Shown here: positions 28,405 to 38,472 of the stretch, in pieces
Position numbering within the stretch: position 1 is the stretch's first letter
How the letters are laid out: each line of letters begins with the position of its first letter
Source: Bacillota bacterium
GTDB lineage: Bacteria > Bacillota > SHA-98 > UBA4971
NCBI GenBank assembly: GCA_012841305.1
Contig: DUVA01000181.1
Span: forward strand, 1-58,850
DNA: 58,850 nt
Reading direction: 5' to 3'
Made by a program: the position numbers and the translations under genes
Notes under the pieces: generated by a model
The model's input: the letters and a program-made list of their open reading frames with translations, nothing else
Database searches by the model: none
Told to the model about the DNA's origin: nothing

Positions 28405-29283
28405 TCAAGAAGCCTCCGCCAAAACGTCGGGATGGAGTAGCGCAGAAAACGCGCCTCCTTTGGAGAACTTGGTTACGTGTATTCCAATGACTACGTTCTT
28501 CGTTTGAAAGTTTCGAGTTCCGTCTGATATGAGGATTTTATCAGCTCTAAACCCTGGGAGGAGGCCTTTCCCTTCGCCTATGGAGGTAAAGGGTATCACC
28601 CGAAACCTAGCAAGCCATGCTGAATTTGCCAAGAGCTCAGAGATAAGCCCTAGATCTCCTGCATCGAAGGCCATGAATGCTCGCCTGACTTCTTCCGGGA
28701 GAAACTTCGCGGCTGCACTATATTCCAGAAGAATTACAGGAGAGCCTGTAAGGGGATCTTTGAGTCTATTACCTGTGTCAATCAGGGCGTTTACCTGGAA
28801 TTGAATATCTCCAAAATGGATTTCTATTGGCACATACAGGAACCATTCTCGGAACCTCCGGCGGACATAGCCCCATCCGATTTCCGTAGTTGCCATGACA
28901 GTTCCCAATAGGCCCAAAAGCGTCGGTATGAGCCGGCTTCCTGTGAGGTAAGCGCAGGCTGAAGCGCCTCCGAATGCCAGGGCACTAATCCCTAGCACAT
29001 GGCAGGAGACGATAGCAAACTTGGACCATGGTAAAGGCCCGAAGGATATTCTGACTGCAGGGAGTATCGAAAGGATTGCCAGGGGGACTGCAGCATAAGC
29101 ACGAAGATACCCAGAGTGCAGTGAGACTATGATGACTGCGTCTATGAGTCCGGCTGTGATTGACGCTGCAAGTATCTTCGTATGCTTTGTTCTACAGCCG
29201 AGAACCTCTCCGGTTGCCCACAGGGTGAGCCAGTGCATGGCAAAAGTCATTACAGCGGCACTCATGACAGTTTTGTGAGGCAT
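28405..29283 (-). CDS. spoIIGA: Sigma-E processing peptidase SpoIIGA
   Basis: Five N-terminal TM segments plus the aspartic protease motif IDTGNRLKDPLTGSPV. The ATG at 29283 follows GGGGGTG. Confidence 0.85.
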   Translation of the reverse strand: MPHKTVMSAAVMTFAMHWLTLWATGEVLGCRTKHTKILAASITAGLIDAVIIVSLHSGYLRAYAAVPLAILSILPAVRISFGPLPWSKFAIVSCHVLGISALAFGGASACAYLTGSRLIPTLLGLLGTVMATTEIGWGYVRRRFREWFLYVPIEIHFGDIQFQVNALIDTGNRLKDPLTGSPVILLEYSAAAKFLPEEVRRAFMAFDAGDLGLISELLANSAWLARFRVIPFTSIGEGKGLLPGFRADKILISDGTRNFQTKNVVIGIHVTKFSKGGAFSALLHPDVLAEAS

Positions 29284-29325
29284 GAGATTCACCCCCGAAC
29301 GCTGCCCGGTTTCATCTCCTTATTA

Positions 29326-29358
29326 AGTATACAATCTTCATACTCAGAATTATGTCAG
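29326..29358 (-). promoter_or_regulatory. spoIIG-type promoter candidate with over-long spacer
   Basis: Minus strand reads CTGACA-21 nt-TATACT. The B. subtilis spoIIG promoter is known for a 22-bp spacer and Spo0A dependence. I found no convincing 0A box. Confidence 0.3.
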
Positions 29359-29392
29359 AATTGAGGACAAAATGACGATGACATAATTCAAG

Positions 29393-30454
29393 TTATCGTT
29401 TTTGACCTCGTCCTCTTCTAAGGAAGGCGGGTATATCCAGATCTTCACTGCCTGCGAAATCGCTGATTTCCACAGCTTCCAGTCCAACCCTCTCTCTGGC
29501 CTTTGATTCAAAACCTGTGGCAATAACGGTGATCTTGATCTCATCCGTTAGGTTTTCGTCAATCATTGCCCCGAATATGATATTGGCGTCAGTGTCAGCG
29601 GCTTTTGCAACCAGTTCAGCAGCTGCGTTTACCTCAAATAGGCCCAAATTGCTGCTTCCTGTTATGTTCATGAGCACGCCTTTGGCGCCGTCAATGGTTG
29701 TTTCAAGGAGAGGGCTTTCTATGGCAGCTTTCGCAGCCTTCTCAGCACGGCCTTCACCTGAAGCCGTCCCTATACCCATTAGAGCTGAACCTGCATTACA
29801 CATGATGGTTCTTACGTCTGCAAAATCGACGTTTATCAGGCCGGGCACGGTAATCAGGTCTGAGATGCCTTGTACTCCGTGGCGCAGCACATCATCTGCC
29901 AGTTGGAAGGCATCAAGAATCGAGGTGGCAGGCTCGCTAACCTGGAGGAGCCTATCATTGGGTATCACAATAAGGGCATCTACCTTGCTTTTCAGGTTAT
30001 CGACCCCTACCACTGCTTGAGCCATGCGTTTCCTACCTTCAAAGGTAAAAGGCTTCGTCACTACGCCTACGGTAAGAGAGCCCAGTTCTTTTGCAATGGA
30101 GGCTACGACAGGGGCTCCACCTGTACCTGTTCCACCACCCATGCCTGCAGTGATAAATATCATATCAGCTCCTTCTAAGGCGCGGCGAATCACGTCATAG
30201 CTTTCTTGAGCTGCCTGCTCTCCAACTTCAGGGTTTGAACCTGCACCAAGGCCTTTTGTGAGCTTTTCTCCAACCTGGATTTTTATACTGGCGTCAGATA
30301 TGGCCAGTGCCTGTGCATCAGTATTAACTGCTACAAACTCCACACCTGATAATCCCGCCGTTATCATCCGGTTTATCGCGTTGGAACCTCCTCCTCCGAC
30401 CCCTATCACCTTAATGTTTGTGAACTGCTCCATCTCAAGTTCCAGGTTGAACAC
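29393..30454 (-). CDS. ftsZ: Cell division GTPase FtsZ
   Basis: [13 protein letters not shown] and [14 protein letters not shown] start lies 7 nt after GGAGGG. Confidence 0.95.
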   Translation of the reverse strand: MFNLELEMEQFTNIKVIGVGGGGSNAINRMITAGLSGVEFVAVNTDAQALAISDASIKIQVGEKLTKGLGAGSNPEVGEQAAQESYDVIRRALEGADMIFITAGMGGGTGTGGAPVVASIAKELGSLTVGVVTKPFTFEGRKRMAQAVVGVDNLKSKVDALIVIPNDRLLQVSEPATSILDAFQLADDVLRHGVQGISDLITVPGLINVDFADVRTIMCNAGSALMGIGTASGEGRAEKAAKAAIESPLLETTIDGAKGVLMNITGSSNLGLFEVNAAAELVAKAADTDANIIFGAMIDENLTDEIKITVIATGFESKARERVGLEAVEISDFAGSEDLDIPAFLRRGRGQKR

Positions 30455-30488
30455 GTATTATCCCTCCTGCGTAACCGCCAAATTCAAA

Positions 30489-31679
30489 CTAGAAAAAGTC
30501 CTTTATGAACTCATCGAACCAACCTCTGACACTAAGCAGTGCCCTCCGAAATGCGGAGGGCTGTGATTCCCTGGCGAGTAAGAATCGGGAATCCCCTGCT
30601 ACATGCCGGGCAATTCCCAAGGCCACTTGCGAAAGTCTATGAGGCTCAATTCCTTTTGGCAGACTAACCGCATGAGACTTGCCAATTTGGGCCGGTAAAT
30701 CAAGGATCTCAGATGCCAGCTCTGAGGTGCCGGGGGCAAATGAGCCTGCGCCCGCAAAGAACACGCCACACGGCACGAGCCCATTACCTCGGACTTCACG
30801 GGTCTCTGATTCGATAAGCTCAATGATTTCTCGCAACCTCGCATCTATTATGTCTTGGATGAATTCATCTTTGTCCTTATCATTCTCTTCGTGGAAAGCA
30901 CTTCTCTGCTTTATTCTTTCAGCTTCCTCAAACGGAATCTTCATGCCAATAGCTATATCATTCGTGATGTGTACTCCGCCTACAGGCACACAGAGGAATT
31001 GGATTGGGGTACCTTCATAGAATGCTACCACCTGGGTTATCTGGCCACCGATATCAACCAACATTGCACCCCTGTGAGTCTGCTCATCTGTAAGAATTGC
31101 CTGTGCAACAGCTACAGGCTCTAAGATGCGTCCCTCAATAGATAAGCCTGCTCGCTCCACGCTTTCCGCCATGTTCTCGAGGATTGCAACTTGTCCCGTA
31201 ATAACCCTGGCGTTGACCTCTAATCTGATACCGGTCATCCCTTCAGGGTCTTGAATACCACCAAGTCCGTCTACGATATATTCCTGAGGTAGGACTGATA
31301 TGATCTCCCGGTCAGGCGGGACAGCAAGAACACTTGCCGCATCGAGGGCTTGCTTCACATCGAGGGCAGTTACTCGCCAATCATCTCCTGAGGTAGCCGT
31401 CATGCCGTGACTGGTGGCGCATGATACACGAATTACAGGGACTCCCACAAATACGTTGCGCGTATTAACGCCTGCCATGCGTGTTGCGCGCTTGTTTGCA
31501 GTTGCTATCGCAGATGCGACTTCATCAATATCAACAATCACTCCGCGACGAAGACCCTGGCACGGTTCTTCTCCGACGCCTATGACATCAATTTCGCCCT
31601 CGTCATTCACTCGAGCTATGACTTGGGATACTCGTGTAGTGCCGATATCTAAGCCGGCAATAATACTGTTATGAGACAT
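30489..31679 (-). CDS. ftsA: Cell division protein FtsA
   Basis: Actin-like ATPase: AGLDIGTT, VDIGGQ, GAGS; located upstream of ftsZ. Confidence 0.9.
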   Translation of the reverse strand: MSHNSIIAGLDIGTTRVSQVIARVNDEGEIDVIGVGEEPCQGLRRGVIVDIDEVASAIATANKRATRMAGVNTRNVFVGVPVIRVSCATSHGMTATSGDDWRVTALDVKQALDAASVLAVPPDREIISVLPQEYIVDGLGGIQDPEGMTGIRLEVNARVITGQVAILENMAESVERAGLSIEGRILEPVAVAQAILTDEQTHRGAMLVDIGGQITQVVAFYEGTPIQFLCVPVGGVHITNDIAIGMKIPFEEAERIKQRSAFHEENDKDKDEFIQDIIDARLREIIELIESETREVRGNGLVPCGVFFAGAGSFAPGTSELASEILDLPAQIGKSHAVSLPKGIEPHRLSQVALGIARHVAGDSRFLLARESQPSAFRRALLSVRGWFDEFIKDFF

Positions 31680-31711
31680 AGATTACCTCCTGTATCTACT
31701 ACACAAAGAAT

Positions 31712-32089
31712 TCAACGTCTTTCATATGACTCCTCTTCTCGGAGGAGCCTTCTTTTAAACCACTTATCAAGCATGTATCTTCGGATAATGCCTACATTAT
31801 TAAAGATTCTAATGCTAAAAGCCACAGTTGCCCCTAAAACGAGGTCAACGCCGAGTTTATCCCCTACCATGGTTAGCGCTGCGGCCAGTGCTGTATTTAC
31901 CACAAAGCCGGAAATGAAGACAGTCTTGTCAAAGGTCCCTTGTAACCCTGCGCGAATTCCGCCGAACACACAGTCCAGTGCTGCGAGAATACCTATAGCA
32001 ATATACTGTGAGTATTTTATTGGAAAGCGTAAAGGTGTAAGCAGGGCAATTATGATACCTACAATGAGACCGATCGCAGGCAGCATCAT
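31712..32089 (-). CDS. sbp: Small basic protein Sbp (DUF1290)
   Basis: Colinear with B. subtilis Sbp (ALDCVFGGIRAGLQGTFDKTVFISGF...IRRYML). Confidence 0.8.
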   Translation of the reverse strand: MMLPAIGLIVGIIIALLTPLRFPIKYSQYIAIGILAALDCVFGGIRAGLQGTFDKTVFISGFVVNTALAAALTMVGDKLGVDLVLGATVAFSIRIFNNVGIIRRYMLDKWFKRRLLREEESYERR

Positions 32090-32808
32090 TTCTGCGCTCC
32101 CTCCAATACCTGCTTAGCATATTGAAAATATAAACCGCCTTTATAACCTGGAATTTGGACTGAAGCCGCTTTTTGAACTTTCGCCTCGATGCCCCATGCT
32201 CTAAGAGTATCCAGTATTCCGTCTCTCATGTGCAACGCGCTGTCCAGCGCGTCAGGGTTACCAATTGCATGTATCTCATACGGCGGCCCAATCCGGACGT
32301 TATTGACGGAGATTACAGGGCCGGAACACCTGACTTCAGAAGTAGCGACCATCCTTTGGCCGTTTACCGATACGGCTTCAGCCCCTGCAGCTGACAGTTC
32401 ATTGACTACTTGAAGGATATCGTTATCATGGACAAGGAACAGTTCAGGGCTTTCCCCTGGCAGGGCTTGGCGCTTGCTGTCATTTAGTGTAACGATTACA
32501 CCGGAGCCTTCAACAGGTGTCAGTCCTGCAGCCATCCTTGCCTTTGCAAGTTCAGCTCTAATGGTTTCAGCAGTTTTTTCTCCCTCTACGACCTTGGATA
32601 CCTGCTCTCGAAGGACTTCTACTTCCTTTTCCAGGATCATTCTTTCTGCGTCAGATCTTCGTAGCATATCGCTGAGGTCTTCCAGTCGCCTTGACGGTAT
32701 CTGGCTTTTCCCTATGTACTCCTGTGTTCTAACCTGTCCCACCAGCAGTATGCCAAGGATAACGCACACTCCGGCGACATACAATTCAAATGCCCGAGCT
32801 CTTTTCAC
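32086..32808 (-). CDS. DUF881 division-associated protein (YlxW/YlxX-like)
   Basis: N-terminal TM segment, coiled coil, then GSGVIVTLND...LFLVHDNDILQVVNELSAAGAEAVSVNGQR. Confidence 0.8.
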   Translation of the reverse strand: MKRARAFELYVAGVCVILGILLVGQVRTQEYIGKSQIPSRRLEDLSDMLRRSDAERMILEKEVEVLREQVSKVVEGEKTAETIRAELAKARMAAGLTPVEGSGVIVTLNDSKRQALPGESPELFLVHDNDILQVVNELSAAGAEAVSVNGQRMVATSEVRCSGPVISVNNVRIGPPYEIHAIGNPDALDSALHMRDGILDTLRAWGIEAKVQKAASVQIPGYKGGLYFQYAKQVLEGAQK

Positions 32809-32872
32809 CTCTTACCCCCCAGCAGAAACCTGATCTCCCCCGTAGATTATACTATAGCTTGGGCATTTGTCA

Positions 32873-33625
32873 CTAGTTGGTATGTTTTATCACAGGTCTT
32901 TTGGGAAACCGTACGTCAATGTAGGATGCATGACGGTTTTCTTCATTCAACCTAAGCAATAGAGAATGTAAGACGTCAAGGCGTGTAAGATACTCGTTTC
33001 GAGTTCCTAACCCCAGCGTCACCCAGGTGCCGGATTGCAGGTAAATTGAGATGCCGGTGGCAATTGAATAGCTGATCTCCGAGACTTCTTTCGAGAGGTT
33101 CGGAGGGAGGATAGTTGCAACGAGGAGCACTGAATCAAGTCCTTGAGACTCAATCCGTTTTCCGACCAATACTTGTTGCGGTCTGATTCCGGTAATCAGC
33201 GGCGGGTCTTTTGCACCATAGGACTCAGCAATTGCGATAGCAAAGCCGTCGGCATCTACAAGGACGTAGTACCCTGAATAAGGCATGACTGCAACCTGCG
33301 CCCGCTCTGTCACGTTTAGTACCAGCGTAGAAGGAAGCTTGCGTGCTACCAGAACCTTGTCCACTCTTGGATGGGCCTCAATCCTCTCGGCCAACATAAT
33401 CAAGTCTACATCAAAGATGTTGGTGTCCTTGACGTAATCGCTAAGAACGGCAATCTCACCGGATGAAATGGTTGTAAGTCCCAAGATGTCTATATGCTCT
33501 ACGAGAAAGAATGAGGATTTGAGAAATCCAAAACTTGTACCTGCCAAGAACAAAAGAATCAGGGCAAAAGGTATCAGCCTCGAAGGCGCTCTTTTCTCTT
33601 CTCCGGAAACATCTAGTTCGTCCAC
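32873..33625 (-). CDS. ftsQ: Cell division protein FtsQ/DivIB
   Basis: TM segment plus POTRA (VEHIDILGLTTISSGEI) plus FtsQ beta domain; dcw position. Confidence 0.8.
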   Translation of the reverse strand: MDELDVSGEEKRAPSRLIPFALILLFLAGTSFGFLKSSFFLVEHIDILGLTTISSGEIAVLSDYVKDTNIFDVDLIMLAERIEAHPRVDKVLVARKLPSTLVLNVTERAQVAVMPYSGYYVLVDADGFAIAIAESYGAKDPPLITGIRPQQVLVGKRIESQGLDSVLLVATILPPNLSKEVSEISYSIATGISIYLQSGTWVTLGLGTRNEYLTRLDVLHSLLLRLNEENRHASYIDVRFPKRPVIKHTN

Positions 33626-33638
33626 AACGCAACTCCTA

Positions 33639-34919
33639 TTATCCTACCTGGCGCTTCTTCGTCATGTCTATCCTTTCAATTGAAGCGCCCAATAGTCTTA
33701 GTTTTCCCGGAAGATCCTCATATCCTCGATCAATGTGGTCAATTCCAGTGAGCTCGGTGACACCTTCAGCAGCCAGAGCTGCAAGGATTAGCGCAGCTCC
33801 TCCTCGAAGATCCGGTGCTTCCAGCGTAGTGCCATGCAAAGCGGGTACTCCGGTTATCATGGCCTGTTTCCCATCTACTGTTACCTTAGCGCCCATTTTT
33901 GTCAGTTCTTCAGTGTACTTGAATCTCAATGGGAAAACGCCTTCAATGATTTCAGATGTGCCTTCCGCTAAGCTCATCGCAGCAACAAACTGAGGCTGCA
34001 CGTCTGTGGGGAATCCCGGATAAGGCAGGGTTCGAATATTGGCTGAATGCAACCGTTTGTGCCATGGCTTTCTGGCGATTACATAGTTGTCCCCTTCTAT
34101 GATTTCCACTCCTGTTTCTCGAAGCTTGGCAATTAGAGCTTGCTGGTGTTCAGGGGTAGTGTTTTCAATGCGGGCTTCGCCTCCTGCTACCGCTATTGCA
34201 GTCAAGAATGTCGCCGCTTCTACACGGTCAGGGATTACTGTATAGTCAGTTGCGCGAAGTTCCTTCACGCCTTCAATCTTAATTGTATCAGTACCTGCTC
34301 CCTTTATATTCGCGCCTAAACGATTGAGGAAATTCTGTTCATCGACTATTTCAGGTTCTCGTGCTGCGTTCCGAAGGATAGTTGTTCCCTCAGCAAGACA
34401 GGCTGCAGTCATTATGTTTTCAGTCGCGCCGACGCTCGGTATGTCCAGGAGAATTTCCGCGCCTCTCAATGTAGACGCCTTGGCTGACACAAACCCGTAT
34501 TCCTCCCTGATTTCGGCGCCCAGGGCGGAAAATCCCTTTAGATGTAGGTCGATCGGACGAGGTCCGATATTGCATCCTCCGGGTTGTCTTGTCTTCACAT
34601 ATCCGAACCGCGCCAGAAGGGGTCCCATAACCTGAATTGATGCACGCATCCTTATTACCAGTTCCTCAGAGGGTTCCAGCTTGTTTACGCCTGACGGATC
34701 AATGACAATACTGCCATCTTGGTGGAAATCGACTGTTGCTCCCAGTCCTCTCAAAACGCCTGCCATGGTATTCACATCCACGATCTGTGGAATACCCGTG
34801 AGCCTGCACGGTCCTCCGGCTAATAGTGACGCAGCCATTATTTTTAAGGCTGCGTTCTTTGCGCCGCCTACCGTGACCTGTCCGCTGAGAGGCCTCGGGC
34901 CGGTAATCTTCAGTTTCAC
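33639..34919 (-). CDS. murA: UDP-N-acetylglucosamine 1-carboxyvinyltransferase
   Basis: GAKNAALKIMAASLL, catalytic-loop region RQPGGCNIGPRPIDLH, LRGGAALILAALAAEG. Confidence 0.9.
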   Translation of the reverse strand: MKLKITGPRPLSGQVTVGGAKNAALKIMAASLLAGGPCRLTGIPQIVDVNTMAGVLRGLGATVDFHQDGSIVIDPSGVNKLEPSEELVIRMRASIQVMGPLLARFGYVKTRQPGGCNIGPRPIDLHLKGFSALGAEIREEYGFVSAKASTLRGAEILLDIPSVGATENIMTAACLAEGTTILRNAAREPEIVDEQNFLNRLGANIKGAGTDTIKIEGVKELRATDYTVIPDRVEAATFLTAIAVAGGEARIENTTPEHQQALIAKLRETGVEIIEGDNYVIARKPWHKRLHSANIRTLPYPGFPTDVQPQFVAAMSLAEGTSEIIEGVFPLRFKYTEELTKMGAKVTVDGKQAMITGVPALHGTTLEAPDLRGGAALILAALAAEGVTELTGIDHIDRGYEDLPGKLRLLGASIERIDMTKKRQVG

Positions 34920-34940
34920 AGCGGAGTCACCCCCACATAC

Positions 34941-35852
34941 TTACCCCCCAAGGATTCTTACCTCGGGTTCTAGCATCACTTGGAACTTGGAATAGACGAC
35001 TTCTTGCACGTGTCTCATAAGAGAAATCACATCGTCTGCAGTGGCGCCTCCGTTATTCACGATGAAATTAGCATGAAGACAAGAAACTTCGGCACCGCCT
35101 ATGCTGACCCCTTTGAGTCCGGCTGCATCTATGAACCTACCGGCTCCTTGGCCGGTTGGGTTCTTAAACGCACACCCGGCGCTGGGTAGACTCAAAGGTT
35201 GACGACATGCGCGTTCTCGGAGGTATTCCTGCATGCGCTTTTGAACTCTCTCAGGCAAATCTCGCTTCAAGGCAAAGTCTACCTCAACAAGGATTAAGGG
35301 CTCCGCAAGGACGCGCGTGGTTTTTGTTCCCGGTTCAAGATTCTCTCGGTTCAATCGCATTTGGTGTCCGTCGTAGGTAATCACCTCCGCCGTATCAACA
35401 AGCTCAGCCATGAAACCACCAAAAGCAGCTGCGTTCATTGTTACAGCTCCGCCTACCGTCCCTGGGATCCCACCGGCGAATTCCAGGCCGGAGAGACCTT
35501 GGAGTGCAGCTTCTCTACATACCTGCGGCAAGAGCGCGCCTGCCCCGCATCGCAATATGCCGTCCCCCAGACGATTGACATGTGAAATGGTATTTGCGAT
35601 TTTTATTACGACTCCCCGTATTCCTTCATCTCTTACCAAGAGATTAGTGCCTGCGCCTATAATATGGAAAGGGGCTTGCAGGTCAGATAGGGCTTTGATG
35701 AGAACCAAAAGGTCCGGGATGTCCTGGGGCACAACTAAAACATCAGCAGGGCCTCCGATACGAAAAGAGGTATGGCGGGACATAGGTTCATTAGCGTATA
35801 CCGGTCCGCGCACCTTGTCTTTTAGCTGCAATGCCAGGGTTATTCCTTCCAC
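34941..35852 (-). CDS. murB: UDP-N-acetylenolpyruvoylglucosamine reductase
   Basis: FAD-binding domain (FRIGGPAD, IGAGTNLL) and C-terminal SAGCAFKNP. Confidence 0.9.
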   Translation of the reverse strand: MEGITLALQLKDKVRGPVYANEPMSRHTSFRIGGPADVLVVPQDIPDLLVLIKALSDLQAPFHIIGAGTNLLVRDEGIRGVVIKIANTISHVNRLGDGILRCGAGALLPQVCREAALQGLSGLEFAGGIPGTVGGAVTMNAAAFGGFMAELVDTAEVITYDGHQMRLNRENLEPGTKTTRVLAEPLILVEVDFALKRDLPERVQKRMQEYLRERACRQPLSLPSAGCAFKNPTGQGAGRFIDAAGLKGVSIGGAEVSCLHANFIVNNGGATADDVISLMRHVQEVVYSKFQVMLEPEVRILGG

Positions 35853-37291
35853 CCATCTCTCATCCTTTGCACAAATTCTCTGGCCACAGAGTCTATGTTG
35901 CCTGCACCCATCGTTACGACTATGTCATCGGATTTCACAAGGCCTGTCAACGTCCGCGCAATTTCATCAGTATTCTTGACGAAAATTGTCCTAGGGTTGC
36001 TATTCTTCTTTATTGCTTCTGCAAGTCCTTCACCGGTTACGCCCGGTAAGGGTTCCTCACCTGTACCTCTGTGATAAATGTCAGTTATTACTACAATATC
36101 AGCGCCTGCAAATGCTTTTACGAATCTGTCAAAAAGCAACTGGGTCCTGGTGAACCTTTGAGGCTGAAACACTACTACAAGGCGTCTCTTATGGGTCTCC
36201 TTAAGAGCTGATATCGTTGCCTCAATCTCCAAGGGGTGGTGAGCATAGTCATCCAGTACCAAGATGTTTTGAACTTCCCCTATAAGCTCCAGGCGCCGTC
36301 TTGCTCCTCGAAACTTACCCAGGCTAGCCTTGATTTTTTGGAATGGAATGCCGAGTTCAAGCCCGACTGCAATAGATGCCAAGGCATTGCATATATTATG
36401 CCTCCCTGGTACAACAAGTTCCACATTCCCCAGTGGAGTTTTGTCCAGAATTACTTGAAATTCATAACCTCGGCTTCTTACCACAAGGTTATGGGCTAAT
36501 AAGTCACCGTTTTCAAACCCAAACAGAAGCTTCCTGCACCTGAGGCCCTTTTCCATTTGCATGACCCGGGGATCATCAGCAAACAGAATAGCTAAATCAC
36601 GGTCGTCAATACCCTGGAGAAACGTGGCAAATGCCTTGTTGATGGAATCCGAATTCTTGTAATAGTCAAGGTGATCATCATCAATATTCGTTACCACTGC
36701 AATCCTGGGCTTGATCTTTAGAAAGGATCCATAGGCTTCGTCTGCTTCCACCACTATGACTTCACTCTGTCCGTATCTACCACCCATAGGCACGTGTTCG
36801 GCTTCTTCCCCCAGGATGATCGTGGGATCCAGGCCTGCCTCAATCATCATTACCCCTATCATCGATGACGTAGTGGTTTTGCCGTGAGTGCCTGTGACTG
36901 CAATTCCAAACTTGGACGCTACGAGCTTCCCTAAGATCTCAGCTCTGGTTACCACAGGTATTCCGTTTTGGATAGCTGTAGTAATCTCTACGTTGTCCGG
37001 AGGGATCGCGGCACTGACTACTGCAATACTTGCGCCTGCCACATTTGACGGGTCATGACCGACGTAAACGGAAGCTCCGAGACTGTGAAGGTATTCAAGC
37101 CGCAAAGACGGTGAAATGTCGCTGCCACTTACGGAGCAGCCCATCTCAAGGAGGACTTTAGCTATGGAACTCATTCCGTGCCCTCCGATGCCTATGAAGT
37201 GTATTCTACCCTTTGACTCTGTGAAGTTAAGTTCTCCCAAACCACACCCTACTTTCCGAGGATCTAGACAATTCAGCGTAGATCCGCGCAT
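35840..37291 (-). CDS. murC: UDP-N-acetylmuramate--L-alanine ligase
   Basis: IHFIGIGGHGMS, GTHGKTTTSSM, DDYAHHP. The start may lie downstream of 37291. Confidence 0.9.
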   Translation of the reverse strand: MRGSTLNCLDPRKVGCGLGELNFTESKGRIHFIGIGGHGMSSIAKVLLEMGCSVSGSDISPSLRLEYLHSLGASVYVGHDPSNVAGASIAVVSAAIPPDNVEITTAIQNGIPVVTRAEILGKLVASKFGIAVTGTHGKTTTSSMIGVMMIEAGLDPTIILGEEAEHVPMGGRYGQSEVIVVEADEAYGSFLKIKPRIAVVTNIDDDHLDYYKNSDSINKAFATFLQGIDDRDLAILFADDPRVMQMEKGLRCRKLLFGFENGDLLAHNLVVRSRGYEFQVILDKTPLGNVELVVPGRHNICNALASIAVGLELGIPFQKIKASLGKFRGARRRLELIGEVQNILVLDDYAHHPLEIEATISALKETHKRRLVVVFQPQRFTRTQLLFDRFVKAFAGADIVVITDIYHRGTGEEPLPGVTGEGLAEAIKKNSNPRTIFVKNTDEIARTLTGLVKSDDIVVTMGAGNIDSVAREFVQRMRDGWKE

Positions 37292-37344
37292 ATTGATCCT
37301 ATGCTGTTCTAGGTTCCTGTGCTACTCATAGGGAATTCAGGCCT

Positions 37345-38472
37345 TTAGGCCTGTCCCCTTGACAAGGAAACCACAATATCTACTAATTCATCAGCAGCCC
37401 CGGGCCGGCCCAGCTTACGGGATTGCGTTGCCATTTCTCCGCGCAGCTTCTCATCATCGATGATTTTGTTAATGGCTCGGAGTAAAGAATTCGGGCTTAA
37501 GTCCTTTTCGTGAATCACGAAGGCAGCACCGGCAGCTTCGAGCGCATTTGCGTTTTTCTCCTGATGTCCTTCAGCTGAGCTTGGCAAAGGAATGAGAATC
37601 GACGGCAAGCCTCGCCCGGTAATTTCCGCGATTGATATGGCGCCTGCCCTGCCTACTACAAGGTCAGAGCAAGCCATAGCATGATCCATGCGATAAATGT
37701 AGTCTTGTACCACAAGACGCGATGTTCTCAAAGCCTGGGCACAATTGGCCTCCAATTCCTTTATGACATGGTCGTAGTCAAGCTTACCAGTCTGATATAT
37801 CACCTGAGTATCTTTGGATCTCATCATTTCCGGCAGAATCTTGACCATCACTTTATTAATGGCTCTCGCTCCTTGACTACCACCGAAGATCAAGACTGTG
37901 AGATGCCGGGGGTTGAGTCCGAAAGCAGCCAGCCCTTGATTTCTCTTTGTTTCCAATATTGAACGTCTTATCGGGTTTCCGGTAAGACGTACTTTTGCGT
38001 TCCTAGGGAAATACTTAGCTGACTCAGGATACGTTACTGCTACCATATTGGCTATACGCGAGAGAATCCGCGTGGTGTACCCGGGCAAAGCATTCTGTTC
38101 ATGAATCAGGGTAGGTATACCCAGTAGCCATGCTGCCAGCACAACAGGGCCTGACACATAGCCTCCTGTTCCCACCGCAACATCAGGTTGGAACCTTTTT
38201 AGTATTGCCCTCGCCTGAAAGACGCCTTTGAAGGCACGATAAAAAGTTGTGAGCGTATCCAGCGACACCTTGCGCTGAAACCCTGCAACATCTATGAAGA
38301 GCAACTCGAAGCCTTCTTTGGGTACCACATCGACTTCCAGTCCCCTTTTCGTCCCGACAAACACAACCTCGGCATCGGGTATCCTCCCGAGGAGGGTTCT
38401 TGCTATCGTTATCCCAGGGTATATGTGTCCTCCGGTACCCCCGCCGGCAATTATCACTTTCACTGTCCTCAC
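37345..38472 (-). CDS. murG: Undecaprenyl-PP-MurNAc-pentapeptide GlcNAc transferase
   Basis: AGGGTGGHIYPG, EQNALPG, RAGAISIAEI. Confidence 0.9.
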   Translation of the reverse strand: MRTVKVIIAGGGTGGHIYPGITIARTLLGRIPDAEVVFVGTKRGLEVDVVPKEGFELLFIDVAGFQRKVSLDTLTTFYRAFKGVFQARAILKRFQPDVAVGTGGYVSGPVVLAAWLLGIPTLIHEQNALPGYTTRILSRIANMVAVTYPESAKYFPRNAKVRLTGNPIRRSILETKRNQGLAAFGLNPRHLTVLIFGGSQGARAINKVMVKILPEMMRSKDTQVIYQTGKLDYDHVIKELEANCAQALRTSRLVVQDYIYRMDHAMACSDLVVGRAGAISIAEITGRGLPSILIPLPSSAEGHQEKNANALEAAGAAFVIHEKDLSPNSLLRAINKIIDDEKLRGEMATQSRKLGRPGAADELVDIVVSLSRGQA